Assembly: GCA_049322255.1 (NCBI GenBank)
Contig: JBMORE010000054.1
Location: 62,001 to 126,000, forward strand
DNA: 64,000 nucleotides
From: Myxococcota bacterium
GTDB lineage: Bacteria > Myxococcota > Myxococcia > Myxococcales > Myxococcaceae
Direction: 5' to 3'
Shown here: positions 55,384-64,000 of the stretch, one piece after another
How positions within the stretch are numbered: position 1 is the first letter of the stretch
Layout: every line of letters starts with the position of its first letter
Notes under the pieces: generated by a model
The model's database searches: none
Told to the model about the DNA's origin: nothing
Seen by the model: only the letters and a program-made list of their open reading frames with translations
Translations under genes and position numbers: made by a program

Positions 55384-55666
55384 GCTACTTTCCATCGACC
55401 CGGCCGTCATCAAGCGCCTGAAAGCCCTGCCCGCTGGTGAGCGCGCAAGCACGCTGCTCGCTCTCTGCGATCTGCTCGAAGCGTTCGGCCGTCCCCACAC
55501 TCACAGCGGCCTCGGAATACGTAAGCTCGGGGACAAGCTCTTCGAGTGCCGTTTCGGCCTGGCGCTCCGGTTCCTCTTTCTGGACCGAGGTAGCGACCTA
55601 TTCGTGTCGTTCCTTGGAAACCACGACGAGATCCAGGCATTGCTCCGGAGGGGCTACTACAAATGA
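55376..55666 (+). CDS. RelE/ParE-like toxin (divergent)
   Basis: 96 aa, basic; GIRKLG..LFECR....RFLF...LGNHDEI; overlaps the antitoxin. Confidence 0.7.
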   Translation: MSKLLSIDPAVIKRLKALPAGERASTLLALCDLLEAFGRPHTHSGLGIRKLGDKLFECRFGLALRFLFLDRGSDLFVSFLGNHDEIQALLRRGYYK

Positions 55667-55687
55667 CCGGCGGTGGCCCTCTGCCCC

Positions 55688-57604
55688 TTACGCCTTCTCC
55701 GGCTCGGGCAGCTTGGGCAACCCCTCGAGCGCGTCGAGAATCTGCCGCTTGTTCTTCTTCTCCGGCTTGGGCGGAGCGGTGACGCGCGGGGGCGGCTTCT
55801 CGCGGGTGATGCTGCCGCCCTGTACCAAGACGTTGATGTCTTCGGCCTCGAGGGTCTCGTACTCCACCAGCGCGTCGGCGATGCGCTGCAGCGTCTGCTT
55901 GTTCTCGACGAGGAGGCTCTTCGCCTTCTGGTAGCAGTCGCTGATGATCTGCCGCACCTCGGCGTCGATCAGCCGCGCGGTGTCCTCCGAGTAGTTCTTC
56001 CCCGCGCTGAAGTCGCGGCCGAGGAAGACCTCCTGCTGGCCACTGGAGTACGCGAGCGGCCCGAGCTTCTCGCTCATGCCCCAGTCGCACACCATCGCGC
56101 GCGCATAGGCAGTAGCGTTCTCGATGTCGCTCGCCGCCCCGCTGGACATCTCGCCAAACGTAATCTCCTCGGCGAGCCGCCCCCCGAGCATCATGCAGAT
56201 CTGGTCGAGCACCTTCTTCTTGTAGTGGTTGAGCTTGTCCTCCACCGGCAACGAGAAGGTGACGCCCAAGGCGCGGCCGCGCGGAATGATGGTGACTTTG
56301 TGCACCGGGTCACAGCCGGGCAGAAGCTTGCCCACCAGCGCGTGCCCGGCCTCGTGGACCGCGGTGTTCTTCTTCTCCTGCTCGGTCATGATCATCGACT
56401 TCCGCTCGGGGCCCATGAACACCTTGTCCTTGGCGGCCTCGAAGTCGGAGAGGTCGACCCGCTCCTTGTTCTGGCGGGCGGCGAAGAGGGCGGCCTCGTT
56501 GACCAGGTTCTCGATGTCGGCGCCGGTCATGCCAGGGGTGCCACGGGCAATCACGTCGAGGTCGACGTCGGGGGCCAGCGGGGTGCGTTTGGTGTGCACC
56601 TTGAGCACGCCCAGGCGCCCCTTCAAATCCGGCCTGGGCACCACGATGCGCCGATCGAAGCGGCCGGGGCGCTGCAGCGCGGGGTCGAGCACATCGGGCC
56701 GGTTGGTCGCGGCGATGAGGATGACGCCCTCGTTGGACTCGAAGCCGTCCATCTCCACCAAGAGCTGGTTGAGCGTCTGCTCGCGCTCGTCGTGCCCACC
56801 GCCCAAGCCCGCGCCCCGATGACGGCCCACGGCGTCAATCTCGTCGATGAAGATGATGCAGGGAGCGTTCTTCTTGCCTTGCTCGAAGAGGTCGCGCACC
56901 CGGCTGGCGCCCACCCCGACGAACATCTCCACGAAGTCGGAGCCGGAGATGGAGAAGAACGGCACCCCGGCCTCGCCGGCCACCGCCTTGGCGAGCAGCG
57001 TCTTGCCGGTGCCCGGAGGCCCCATCATCAACACGCCTTTGGGAATGCGCCCGCCCAGCTTGGTGAACTTCTTGGGGTCTTTGAGGAAGGCGATGATCTC
57101 CTCCAGCTCTTCCTTGCACTCGTCGATACCGGCGACGTCGGCGAAGGTGACCTTGTTGTGGCTCTCGGAGAGGAGCTTGGCCTTGGACTTGCCGAAGGTC
57201 ATCGCTTTGCCGCCGGTGCCTTGCAGCTGGCGCATGAAGAAGATGAAGAACAAGAAGAGGAAGACCACCGGCATCCACTGGCTCAGGATGGTCAGCCAGA
57301 TCGAGTTCTGCTCCTCCCGGAGGAACTTCACCTCCACGCCCTTCTCCCGCAGGGTGGCGAGGATGGCCGCGTCCGCCTCCGGCCCGGTGGTGCGAAACTT
57401 CTCGTTGGTGTCGGTGAAGGTGCCTTCGTAGAGGTTGCCCTTCACCGACACGCTGGCGACCTTCTTCTCCTCGACCTTGTTCAAGAAGGTCGTGAAGGGA
57501 GGCTCCTGCACCTCCTCCGTCCCGTGGGCGAAGAACTGGTAGAAGGCCACGAAGAGGACGATGAGAATGAGCCAAAGGCCGATCGTCTTGTAGCTGGAGC
57601 GCAC
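55688..57604 (-). CDS. ftsH: ATP-dependent zinc metalloprotease FtsH (housekeeping)
   Basis: [25 protein letters not shown]; tilS-ftsH-folP synteny. Confidence 0.97.
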   Translation of the reverse strand: MRSSYKTIGLWLILIVLFVAFYQFFAHGTEEVQEPPFTTFLNKVEEKKVASVSVKGNLYEGTFTDTNEKFRTTGPEADAAILATLREKGVEVKFLREEQNSIWLTILSQWMPVVFLFLFFIFFMRQLQGTGGKAMTFGKSKAKLLSESHNKVTFADVAGIDECKEELEEIIAFLKDPKKFTKLGGRIPKGVLMMGPPGTGKTLLAKAVAGEAGVPFFSISGSDFVEMFVGVGASRVRDLFEQGKKNAPCIIFIDEIDAVGRHRGAGLGGGHDEREQTLNQLLVEMDGFESNEGVILIAATNRPDVLDPALQRPGRFDRRIVVPRPDLKGRLGVLKVHTKRTPLAPDVDLDVIARGTPGMTGADIENLVNEAALFAARQNKERVDLSDFEAAKDKVFMGPERKSMIMTEQEKKNTAVHEAGHALVGKLLPGCDPVHKVTIIPRGRALGVTFSLPVEDKLNHYKKKVLDQICMMLGGRLAEEITFGEMSSGAASDIENATAYARAMVCDWGMSEKLGPLAYSSGQQEVFLGRDFSAGKNYSEDTARLIDAEVRQIISDCYQKAKSLLVENKQTLQRIADALVEYETLEAEDINVLVQGGSITREKPPPRVTAPPKPEKKNKRQILDALEGLPKLPEPEKA

Positions 57605-57692
57605 TGTCGTTCAACCCTTTCGCTTCGCTTTTGGGCGTATCAGCAACACCAAGGGGTCACCAACTATTTTGGCCTCTGGGTGGGCTGGCCTC

Positions 57693-59057
57693 TCACGGGG
57701 CCAGTCTATAACGAACGAGCCACTCGCGCGCTTGGCTGCCCACCGTCGGCTCGGCATGAACGTACAGGCCCCCGCCTCCCTGCGCTCGGGCCGGCCAAAA
57801 ACCCACCACCCACACGATGCGGCCGTTTCGGTCACACACCAGGGGGATTCGATTCCGATCCTCGGCGCGCACCTTCGCGTCGACCAACAGGTCCTGGAGC
57901 TTGCGCCTGCCCACCCGGTCGCCCGGGAGCCGGTGCCGCACGGTCAAGGGCACGCCGACGTCGGCGAGGGGCCAATCGAGCGGGCCTGGGTCTTGGGGAG
58001 GAGAGGAACGCAACGAGAACGTCAGGCCAGACGCCGCGTCCTCAAACGAAGTTCCATCGAGCTCAAGGACTCCTGCCTCCGCGGGGGGCGCAGCGGGAGC
58101 TTTGCCTGGCAACACCCGCACCACCCCACTTTGCGCCTTGAGCACCAGCCGCTTCGCCAACGTCGCAGTGCCGTGGGCCTCGATGGCAGCCAAGGCGCGC
58201 CCGAGGGTGTCGGCATCGACGGAGGCGTGGGCGGTTTCGATGAGCTTGACCACCACCCGGCGGCGCAAGGGCTCCGCCAGCGCCCGCACTCCGGCGGCGT
58301 CGAGCGCGTTCGGCCCTACCAACAACCGGGCATATGCCTCCTCGGCCAACACCCACAGGTAGCGCTCGTCCTCTTGGGCCGCGCGGGCGAAGCGGGCGAG
58401 GGCGCGGGCGGCGCCGGGGCCGAGCGCCTCCTCCAACACCGGGAGCACCCGCCGCCGCACCCGGGTGCGCGCGAAGCGCTCGTCGGCGTTCATCGGGTCG
58501 ACCACGAAGGAAATCTGGTGAGCCGCGAGGAAGACCTCCACCTCCTCACGCGTCATCTCGAGCATGGGTCGAACCACCCGTTCCCGAGCGGGCAGAATCG
58601 CTCCTGCCCCCCGAAGCGCCGAGCCGCGCGACAGGCGCATCAGCACCGTCTCGGCTTGGTCGGAGGCGGTGTGCGCGGTGGCGACCACGTCGAGGCCGCG
58701 TTCCTGGCGAATCGCCTCCAGCGCCTGGTAGCGCGCCTGCCGCGCTCGGGCCTCGAGGGCGCTTCCGGTGACAAGCCCAAGCGCCCGGGTGTGAAAGGGC
58801 AACTCAAGGCGCCTGGCCAGCGCACGCACACCTTCCACCTCCTTGGCACTGGTGGGGCGCAGGCCGTGATCCATGCTGGCGAGCTCCACCGACAACCGGA
58901 GCCGATCCGCCAAGAGGGCGACGCCGACCGCCAACGCGGTGGAGTCCGCCCCTCCAGAAACCGCTACCAGGACGCCGAGATCCGTCAACTTCAGCCGGCG
59001 GAAGGCGGCCTCCAAACGGGCCAAAAAGGGATCAGAGGTATTCAAACTGCGGGCCAT
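57693..59057 (-). CDS. tilS: tRNA(Ile)-lysidine synthetase
   Basis: AVSGGADS, DHGLR, ARQARY, TAHTASDQAET, DPMN, R..VR. Confidence 0.94.
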   Translation of the reverse strand: MARSLNTSDPFLARLEAAFRRLKLTDLGVLVAVSGGADSTALAVGVALLADRLRLSVELASMDHGLRPTSAKEVEGVRALARRLELPFHTRALGLVTGSALEARARQARYQALEAIRQERGLDVVATAHTASDQAETVLMRLSRGSALRGAGAILPARERVVRPMLEMTREEVEVFLAAHQISFVVDPMNADERFARTRVRRRVLPVLEEALGPGAARALARFARAAQEDERYLWVLAEEAYARLLVGPNALDAAGVRALAEPLRRRVVVKLIETAHASVDADTLGRALAAIEAHGTATLAKRLVLKAQSGVVRVLPGKAPAAPPAEAGVLELDGTSFEDAASGLTFSLRSSPPQDPGPLDWPLADVGVPLTVRHRLPGDRVGRRKLQDLLVDAKVRAEDRNRIPLVCDRNGRIVWVVGFWPARAQGGGGLYVHAEPTVGSQAREWLVRYRLAP

Positions 59058-59111
59058 GGGACACCAAAAGCCGCGAAGATCCTTATCATTTTGGGCTTGA
59101 CAAGCCTCTGG

Positions 59112-59140
59112 TTGAAGGGAGGGGTAACGGATCTTATGAT
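59112..59140 (+). promoter_or_regulatory. Putative sigma-70 promoter divergent from tilS
   Basis: TTGAAG-17nt-TATGAT. Confidence 0.5.
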
Positions 59141-59146
59141 TGCGAC

Positions 59147-59364
59147 CTAAGGCGAATGCAGGGCGGGTGAGGGCGGGTGCACGCGAAGCCTCCAGAACGT
59201 CGGCGGAATTTGGTGTGGGCAGGGGTTGTTTGGACGTTCGAATTGAAAATGTTGGGCCTAGGGGTCCCCCCCCTCCCCCTCTGGGCCCACGGGGCCGCTT
59301 GGAGCAATCCAAACTGGCCCCTCTTTCCGGAACGCCCCGGGGTCTTCCAAGGCCCCGGGGTTTT
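59147..59364 (+). ncRNA. Candidate structured small RNA
   Basis: Three consecutive hairpins (59254-59288 C-rich loop; 59291-59321 GCAA tetraloop; 59335-59360 plus TTTT). Confidence 0.5.
59335..59364 (+). terminator. Rho-independent terminator
   Basis: CCCCGGGGTCT-TCCA-AGGCCCCGGGG-TTTT. Confidence 0.6.
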
Positions 59365-59370
59365 CCCCCT

Positions 59371-61419
59371 TCAAGGTTCGAGCGCGTACCAGTCGATCGC
59401 GCCCTGGGTAGTGTTGGGACTGCACTGGGTGCTGTTCGCCTGGCGGTATCCGTAACGGGAAAGGTTTAGGCTCGCTGCGGTGCTCTGCACCACGATGGAG
59501 GGAGTAGCACCCGAGCCAGCGTCGGCAGCGTTCTTGGCCGGCCAGACGACATCGGCCACGTAGAGCAGCTGGCAGGGCGCGGGAAGGGGCAAGGTGTCGG
59601 TGGGCAGGGGGATGACCGCCGCCGGCGTCGGGTTGGCCTTGATGAAGATGCGCAAGACCGGCTGCGGGGGCGCGAAGCACTTGCCGGCGCCGGTGGCGGG
59701 GCTGCCTGGGGGAGCGCTGTTGGCGACGCAGCGGGTGAGGGCGGGACAGTCGCACGGCGCGCCATCGACGCAAGGGGTGGTACCGGTCACCGTGCACGCG
59801 GCGGGGTTTGACTGGCGCGCGTCGCGGAAGTAGTGGACATAGATTTTGTAGGTACACGGAGCGCTGGCGCAGGCCGGGTCGTTCTCAGGGTAGTTGAGCG
59901 AGATGTTCTCGATGAGCTGGCCCGAGCCGGTGTCGTCGAGGTTGAGCCGGGGGTCGTCGGCGGTGCCCACCGCGCCCCACTCGAAGTCCAGCCCGGCGTT
60001 GTTTTTGAGAACGGTGGCCGACCACCCGTTGACGTCGCCCGAGGTTTTTCCCGTCGGCGCCTCTTCGAAGAAGGAGAACGGCGGCGAGGACGGCCGCACC
60101 AAGTGCAGGTCCAAGTCGACGTCGGCGAAGCCTTGCCACGACAGCTGCGCCACCAGGTCTTCCTTGAGCGCGATGACGAACTTGAGCGTGGTGCTGGTGG
60201 TGTGGCCTTGCTGGTCGCGAACGAGGAGCTCGACCAGGTACTCGCCGGTGGCGAACCCCGAGCCAGCCTTGGGGGTGAGGGTGGCGGTGGCGTTGGTGGC
60301 GCCTCCCAAGGTGACCGTCCCCGCGCCGGGCGGGGCCAAGAGCACGCTCCACTGGTAGGAAAGCCCGCTGCGCCCGTCCTCCGGGTCGGTGGTGCACAGG
60401 GTTTCATCGGTGGCGTGCGAGAGCGCCGAGAAGGTGATGGTCGACTTCGGCCGCAGATCGCGGGTGGCGGTGAAGTCGTAGCCCCCAGCGGGAGGCACGA
60501 GCAGCGGAGCCCAGTCTTGTGGAGTGTTGTGGTCGACCGGGGCCGACCCGTCTCCGGGGATGACGCGGGTGATGTTCGCGCAAATCCGGGGCGGCAGGTT
60601 CGCGCGCAGTGTCCCCTGGAGCGCGACACGCACTTGGGGGCGATCGGCATCGTCCGACTCGACGACCAGCTCGGCGCGGTAGCTTTGCTGCTGCTCCGAG
60701 GTGGGTTTGAAGCGAATGGCGATGTTGCGCCCTTCGGTAGGTGCAAGCAGCTCTCCTTGCGCAGGCAGCCCCGCCCCGCTGGCGAAAGAGAACGCCGCCG
60801 CATCGGAACCTTCGAAGGCCAGGCGGCTCACGAGCAGATCGACCTCGCCGGCATTGACGAAGGTCACCGCGGGCAGCGCCGTCAGCGGCAGGGGCAACAG
60901 GCGCACGAGGGGCTCGCCGCCGAAGTCGATCGCCGGTGGGTCGATCGTCACCGAACCGGTGCAGCCGCGGGCGCTGGCACACTCGGGGGTGACTTCGATC
61001 TTCGGCGTGGCGCCCTCACCGCTGAGCAAGACGCTGGTGGTGGGACGCTCGTCGTCGTTGCTGTCCACCTGGAGCACCGCCTCGTAGGCCAAGAGCTCCG
61101 CGGGGCGGAAGAGGATGCGCAAGGTGTGCGAGGAGAGCGGCCCCACTTGGGTGGGAGCGTCGAGTACCTCGAACGCCGCCGCGCCGCCGGGAGCGCTACC
61201 ATCGGTCAGGCGCACCGCGCTCACCACCAAGGGAGCGTTGGTGGTTGCCTTGACGGTCAGCGTCCGCTCCGCCTCGCCGCCCGCCTTCACCTTGCCGAAA
61301 TCGACCTGCGGCGGTTGCACGTCGATGGTCGGCGGCACCTTGCTCACGCTGTCGTCACAGCCGCGGCAGCCCCCCAGGGCGAAAAACAGGCTCATACCGA
61401 GGAGGGAAAGTGCCTTCAT
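59371..61419 (-). CDS. Large lipoprotein with Ig-like (ASH/choice-of-anchor D, PKD-like) domains and Cys-rich segments
   Basis: LGGC lipobox, two .DFG..Ig repeats, YQWSV, LSW...DLDLH. Confidence 0.8.
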   Translation of the reverse strand: MKALSLLGMSLFFALGGCRGCDDSVSKVPPTIDVQPPQVDFGKVKAGGEAERTLTVKATTNAPLVVSAVRLTDGSAPGGAAAFEVLDAPTQVGPLSSHTLRILFRPAELLAYEAVLQVDSNDDERPTTSVLLSGEGATPKIEVTPECASARGCTGSVTIDPPAIDFGGEPLVRLLPLPLTALPAVTFVNAGEVDLLVSRLAFEGSDAAAFSFASGAGLPAQGELLAPTEGRNIAIRFKPTSEQQQSYRAELVVESDDADRPQVRVALQGTLRANLPPRICANITRVIPGDGSAPVDHNTPQDWAPLLVPPAGGYDFTATRDLRPKSTITFSALSHATDETLCTTDPEDGRSGLSYQWSVLLAPPGAGTVTLGGATNATATLTPKAGSGFATGEYLVELLVRDQQGHTTSTTLKFVIALKEDLVAQLSWQGFADVDLDLHLVRPSSPPFSFFEEAPTGKTSGDVNGWSATVLKNNAGLDFEWGAVGTADDPRLNLDDTGSGQLIENISLNYPENDPACASAPCTYKIYVHYFRDARQSNPAACTVTGTTPCVDGAPCDCPALTRCVANSAPPGSPATGAGKCFAPPQPVLRIFIKANPTPAAVIPLPTDTLPLPAPCQLLYVADVVWPAKNAADAGSGATPSIVVQSTAASLNLSRYGYRQANSTQCSPNTTQGAIDWYALEP

Positions 61420-61577
61420 GAGAGGTGGCGGACCGTAACAGAGGCGGAGGTCGCCTTCTTCAAGCATCGGCCGAAGATGCCCACTTTCTGCCGAAATCGT
61501 TGACCCGTGGGTGAGTCTGTCGGATAACCACTCATGTTTCTTCAGATCATCCCTCCTTTGCGAAAGAGAATCTGAGT

Positions 61578-61784
61578 ATGGCTGGCACCGACAAGCGCAA
61601 GCAGTCGCTCTACTTCCCCGAGGAGATGCTCAAAGAGATTCAGGAGGAGGCCAACCGCCAGGATCGCTCGCTCTCCTGGGTCGTGCAGCAGGCCTGGAAA
61701 ATCGCCCGCGAACGCATCAAGTCCTTCCCTGCGGTCAATGACGTCACCGGAGATGAGGGCATCGACCGGCGCGAGGAGCAATAG
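61578..61784 (+). CDS. cdbA: CdbA-like c-di-GMP/DNA-binding RHH protein (TIGR04563 family)
   Basis: MAGTDKRKQSLYFPEEMLKEIQEEA.RQDRSLSWVVQQAWKIAR. Confidence 0.88.
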   Translation: MAGTDKRKQSLYFPEEMLKEIQEEANRQDRSLSWVVQQAWKIARERIKSFPAVNDVTGDEGIDRREEQ

Positions 61785-61795
61785 AGGAGCAACCG

Positions 61796-61987
61796 ATGTC
61801 CGCCGTCGACAACCGCAAACAATCGCTCTACTTCCCCGAGGAGATGCTCGAGGAGATTCAGCGCGAGGCGCATCGGCAAGACCGGTCGATCTCGTGGATT
61901 GTCCAGCAGGCGTGGAAGGTCGCGCGCAGCGACATTCGCCGCATGCCCTCGGTGAACGACGTGCTGCCCCCGCAGCCGTACAAGTGA
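61796..61987 (+). CDS. cdbB: CdbB-like paralogue (TIGR04563 family)
   Basis: RKQSLYFPEEMLEEIQREA.RQDRSISWIVQQAWKVAR, in tandem with cdbA. Confidence 0.83.
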   Translation: MSAVDNRKQSLYFPEEMLEEIQREAHRQDRSISWIVQQAWKVARSDIRRMPSVNDVLPPQPYK

Positions 61988-61997
61988 CGCTCACCCC

Positions 61998-62807
61998 TCA
62001 AGGTGGCCGAGGCGGCTGACTGCACCCGTTGAGCGTTTGGCGCGCAGTGTCCAGCCGCAGCCCCGCCTCTTCGCTCTCGTTGTAGGTCCGTTTCATGAAG
62101 TCGGCGGTGGTGGCATTGTCCACCCCTCCGAAGGTCTGCGACTGCGCTGGGTTGCGTTCGGGGTCCTTGCCTGGGGCGACGAGCATCGCGTAGCCGTCTC
62201 CACCGCCGAGCAGAAAGCTGGAGAGCGCTACCCGGAAGCGCTTGCCCGCCCTCCCCGGCCGCTGCAGCGTCTCCGAGCCTATCTGCAGCGCCGCCACCCG
62301 TGCGCCCGCGGCGGCCGTGCAGCTCACCTCCATGCGCACCTCCTTCGATACCTGGAGAAAACCGCCCGCGGGAGAGATGACCTCGGCCGGCGACGCCACC
62401 AAACGCGCCACCGAGTGCTCGAAGAGGTCCCACACCTCTTGCTCCTCCAGGTCGACCGCCGTCACCAGGTTTTCGAAGAGGAGCACCTCGTGCAGTAGCC
62501 CGCGGGTGACTGGCCCCCGCTCGAGAATGTTGCGCGTGGTGCACAGCCCCTCGGCGCGAATGGCGCCTCCGTTGACCACCCCGAGCTGCGCCGGAGCGCT
62601 CGACTGGGCAAAGGCGTCGACGAAGGCGTCGGCGGCGAGCTGACCCACCGCGTTGTTTGCGTGGCGGGTGTTGGCCCGGTCGATGAAGACTTCTTCGGCG
62701 AGAAAGCCGATGCGCTCGTTGGGCTGCTCCACCGGCGGGGTGCAGTTGTCGTTGTAGGCGATGCACCCCCAGAGGAAGGCGGCGGCGAAGAGGACGAGCG
62801 CGCGCAT
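61998..62807 (-). CDS. Lipoprotein consisting of a 5'-nucleotidase C-terminal domain only
   Basis: LWGC lipobox; GQLAADA, NGGAIR, LLFEN, GGFLQVS, FLLGGGDGY. Confidence 0.82.
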   Translation of the reverse strand: MRALVLFAAAFLWGCIAYNDNCTPPVEQPNERIGFLAEEVFIDRANTRHANNAVGQLAADAFVDAFAQSSAPAQLGVVNGGAIRAEGLCTTRNILERGPVTRGLLHEVLLFENLVTAVDLEEQEVWDLFEHSVARLVASPAEVISPAGGFLQVSKEVRMEVSCTAAAGARVAALQIGSETLQRPGRAGKRFRVALSSFLLGGGDGYAMLVAPGKDPERNPAQSQTFGGVDNATTADFMKRTYNESEEAGLRLDTARQTLNGCSQPPRPP

Positions 62808-64000
62808 TTAGAGAAAGGCCCTCACGGTGAGAAACGCCGAGAGCGTCTCGCGGGGAAGCAGACCGGGCACCCGGTCCGCCCGGGGGACGTCGTCGACCCA
62901 ATCGTGGCTGAAGAGGTTGTGCCCCGCCAAGGAGAGCTCGAAGTGATCGGCGATTCTCTGGGTGCGCAGCTGCGCCGACACCAGGGCGTAGGAGGGAATC
63001 TTCCAGCGTCGAACGAGCTCGAGCACCGAACGACTGTTGTTGCGCCGCTCGCTGCCCACCCGCACCAAGAGGTCCAGGTTCATCCACTCGCCCAGCGGCA
63101 TCGAGGTGCCGGCATTGAAGCGCGCCTGGGGCACGTCGGTGAGCAGCCGGGCCTGCGTGGCGGTCTCGAGGTCTTCGGCGCGAAACCAGCTGGCGTTGAC
63201 CCAGGCGTTGGCGCGCTCCGAGGCTTCGAGCCGAGCCTCACCCTCGGCGCCGAACACGCGTACGCCCTGCTGACGGTTTCGCAAGGGCACGATGTTTCCG
63301 GTGGTGTCCACCAGCGCAATGGGGTTGGTGAAGTGCTGGTAATAGACCGCCCCACGCAGCCGCACCCGCGCCTCGCCCGCAGCCTGCACCCAATCGGCTC
63401 CTACCTCGACGGTGTCGACCGAGGCGGGGTCGAGGTCGGGGTTCCCCTCGAAGCGGCCCAGGTTGTACTGGGTGTTGGGAATGCTCTCCACCAGCTCCTG
63501 CACGGTGGGAGGGCGGAAAGCCCGGCCGTAGAGCAGCTTGAGCACGAGCGAATCGCTGGCGGAGAAGACCAGACCGGCGCGGGGGTTGAGCGAAAAAACC
63601 AGCTCGGCGCCGATGACATTGCGCTCATCGTCGAGCTTGGGGAGCTGTATCGCGTCCAGGCGGAAGCCGAAGGTGAGCGTCAACGGCGCGCCGAGCGTCC
63701 ACTGGTCCTGCGCGTAGAGGCCGGCGCGCAGGCGTGAGGTCGCGGCGCCCTGGCCGCGGTCCTGCGGGTAAGCCAAAGGCACGCACTCGGTGCCCACGCA
63801 GGTCGTTGGCCGCGTGAGCGTGGTGCCCAGATAGAGGTTCTGTGAGTCGTAGTTCGTCTCGTACTCGTATCGGTAGAGCGACTGCTGCTCGACCACTACC
63901 CCGAATGAGAGGCGGTTGCCCTCGGCGAGTTGGAGGTCGGCCGCCCCTGAGCCACCCAAGGTGCGCACTCCCACGATGGCGCGCTCGAGCAGCCCTTCGG
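62808..64000 (-). CDS. TonB-dependent receptor, C-terminal part (truncated by window edge)
   Basis: GLYAQDQW, NPRAGL, YGRAFRPP, GNPDLDP, NLF.. Confidence 0.88.
   Translation of the reverse strand, partial: EGLLERAIVGVRTLGGSGAADLQLAEGNRLSFGVVVEQQSLYRYEYETNYDSQNLYLGTTLTRPTTCVGTECVPLAYPQDRGQGAATSRLRAGLYAQDQWTLGAPLTLTFGFRLDAIQLPKLDDERNVIGAELVFSLNPRAGLVFSASDSLVLKLLYGRAFRPPTVQELVESIPNTQYNLGRFEGNPDLDPASVDTVEVGADWVQAAGEARVRLRGAVYYQHFTNPIALVDTTGNIVPLRNRQQGVRVFGAEGEARLEASERANAWVNASWFRAEDLETATQARLLTDVPQARFNAGTSMPLGEWMNLDLLVRVGSERRNNSRSVLELVRRWKIPSYALVSAQLRTQRIADHFELSLAGHNLFSHDWVDDVPRADRVPGLLPRETLSAFLTVRAFL

Noticed and set aside
61578..61987. Tandem small RHH paralogues as a novel system
   Set aside because: They match the described CdbA/CdbB c-di-GMP-binding proteins of Myxococcus

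Overview
GC-rich (about 70%) chromosomal window from a myxobacterium (Myxococcales-like), probably an assembled scaffold: a 100-N gap inside hutU is flanked by a 127-bp duplicated overlap. It is mostly housekeeping DNA: tatA, a long-chain acyl-CoA ligase, an alternative sigma-70 factor, a queD-folE-like-SDR-FAD oxidoreductase operon, ilvE, cysteine desulfurase, 6S RNA-ygfA-ymdB, thiC, tRNA-Thr, gdh, a cdbS-like PilZ gene, degP, two ftsH, hutU-hutI, treZ, tsaE-nnr-acpS-pdxJ-glmM-folP, tilS, cdbA/cdbB and a TonB-dependent receptor. Accessory material consists of six small toxin-antitoxin modules (one broken by an internal deletion), a Hint-domain lipoprotein, a collagen-like lipoprotein and a family of CCCTCTCCC/GGGAGAGGG REP-like palindromes. 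I saw no integrase, transposase, prophage or CRISPR array. Best candidates for new biology: (1) a lipoprotein whose Hint domain sits between a 6-residue lipidated N-extein and a 57-aa six-cysteine peptide; (2) an unannotated promoter-to-terminator structured RNA with a C-rich loop upstream of tilS; (3) a pterin/deazapurine operon whose FolE homologue has altered active-site residues; (4) a stand-alone sigma region-1.1 protein between ftsH and degP; (5) a Fic protein lacking the catalytic His. All family calls come from motif recognition by eye; no searches were run.
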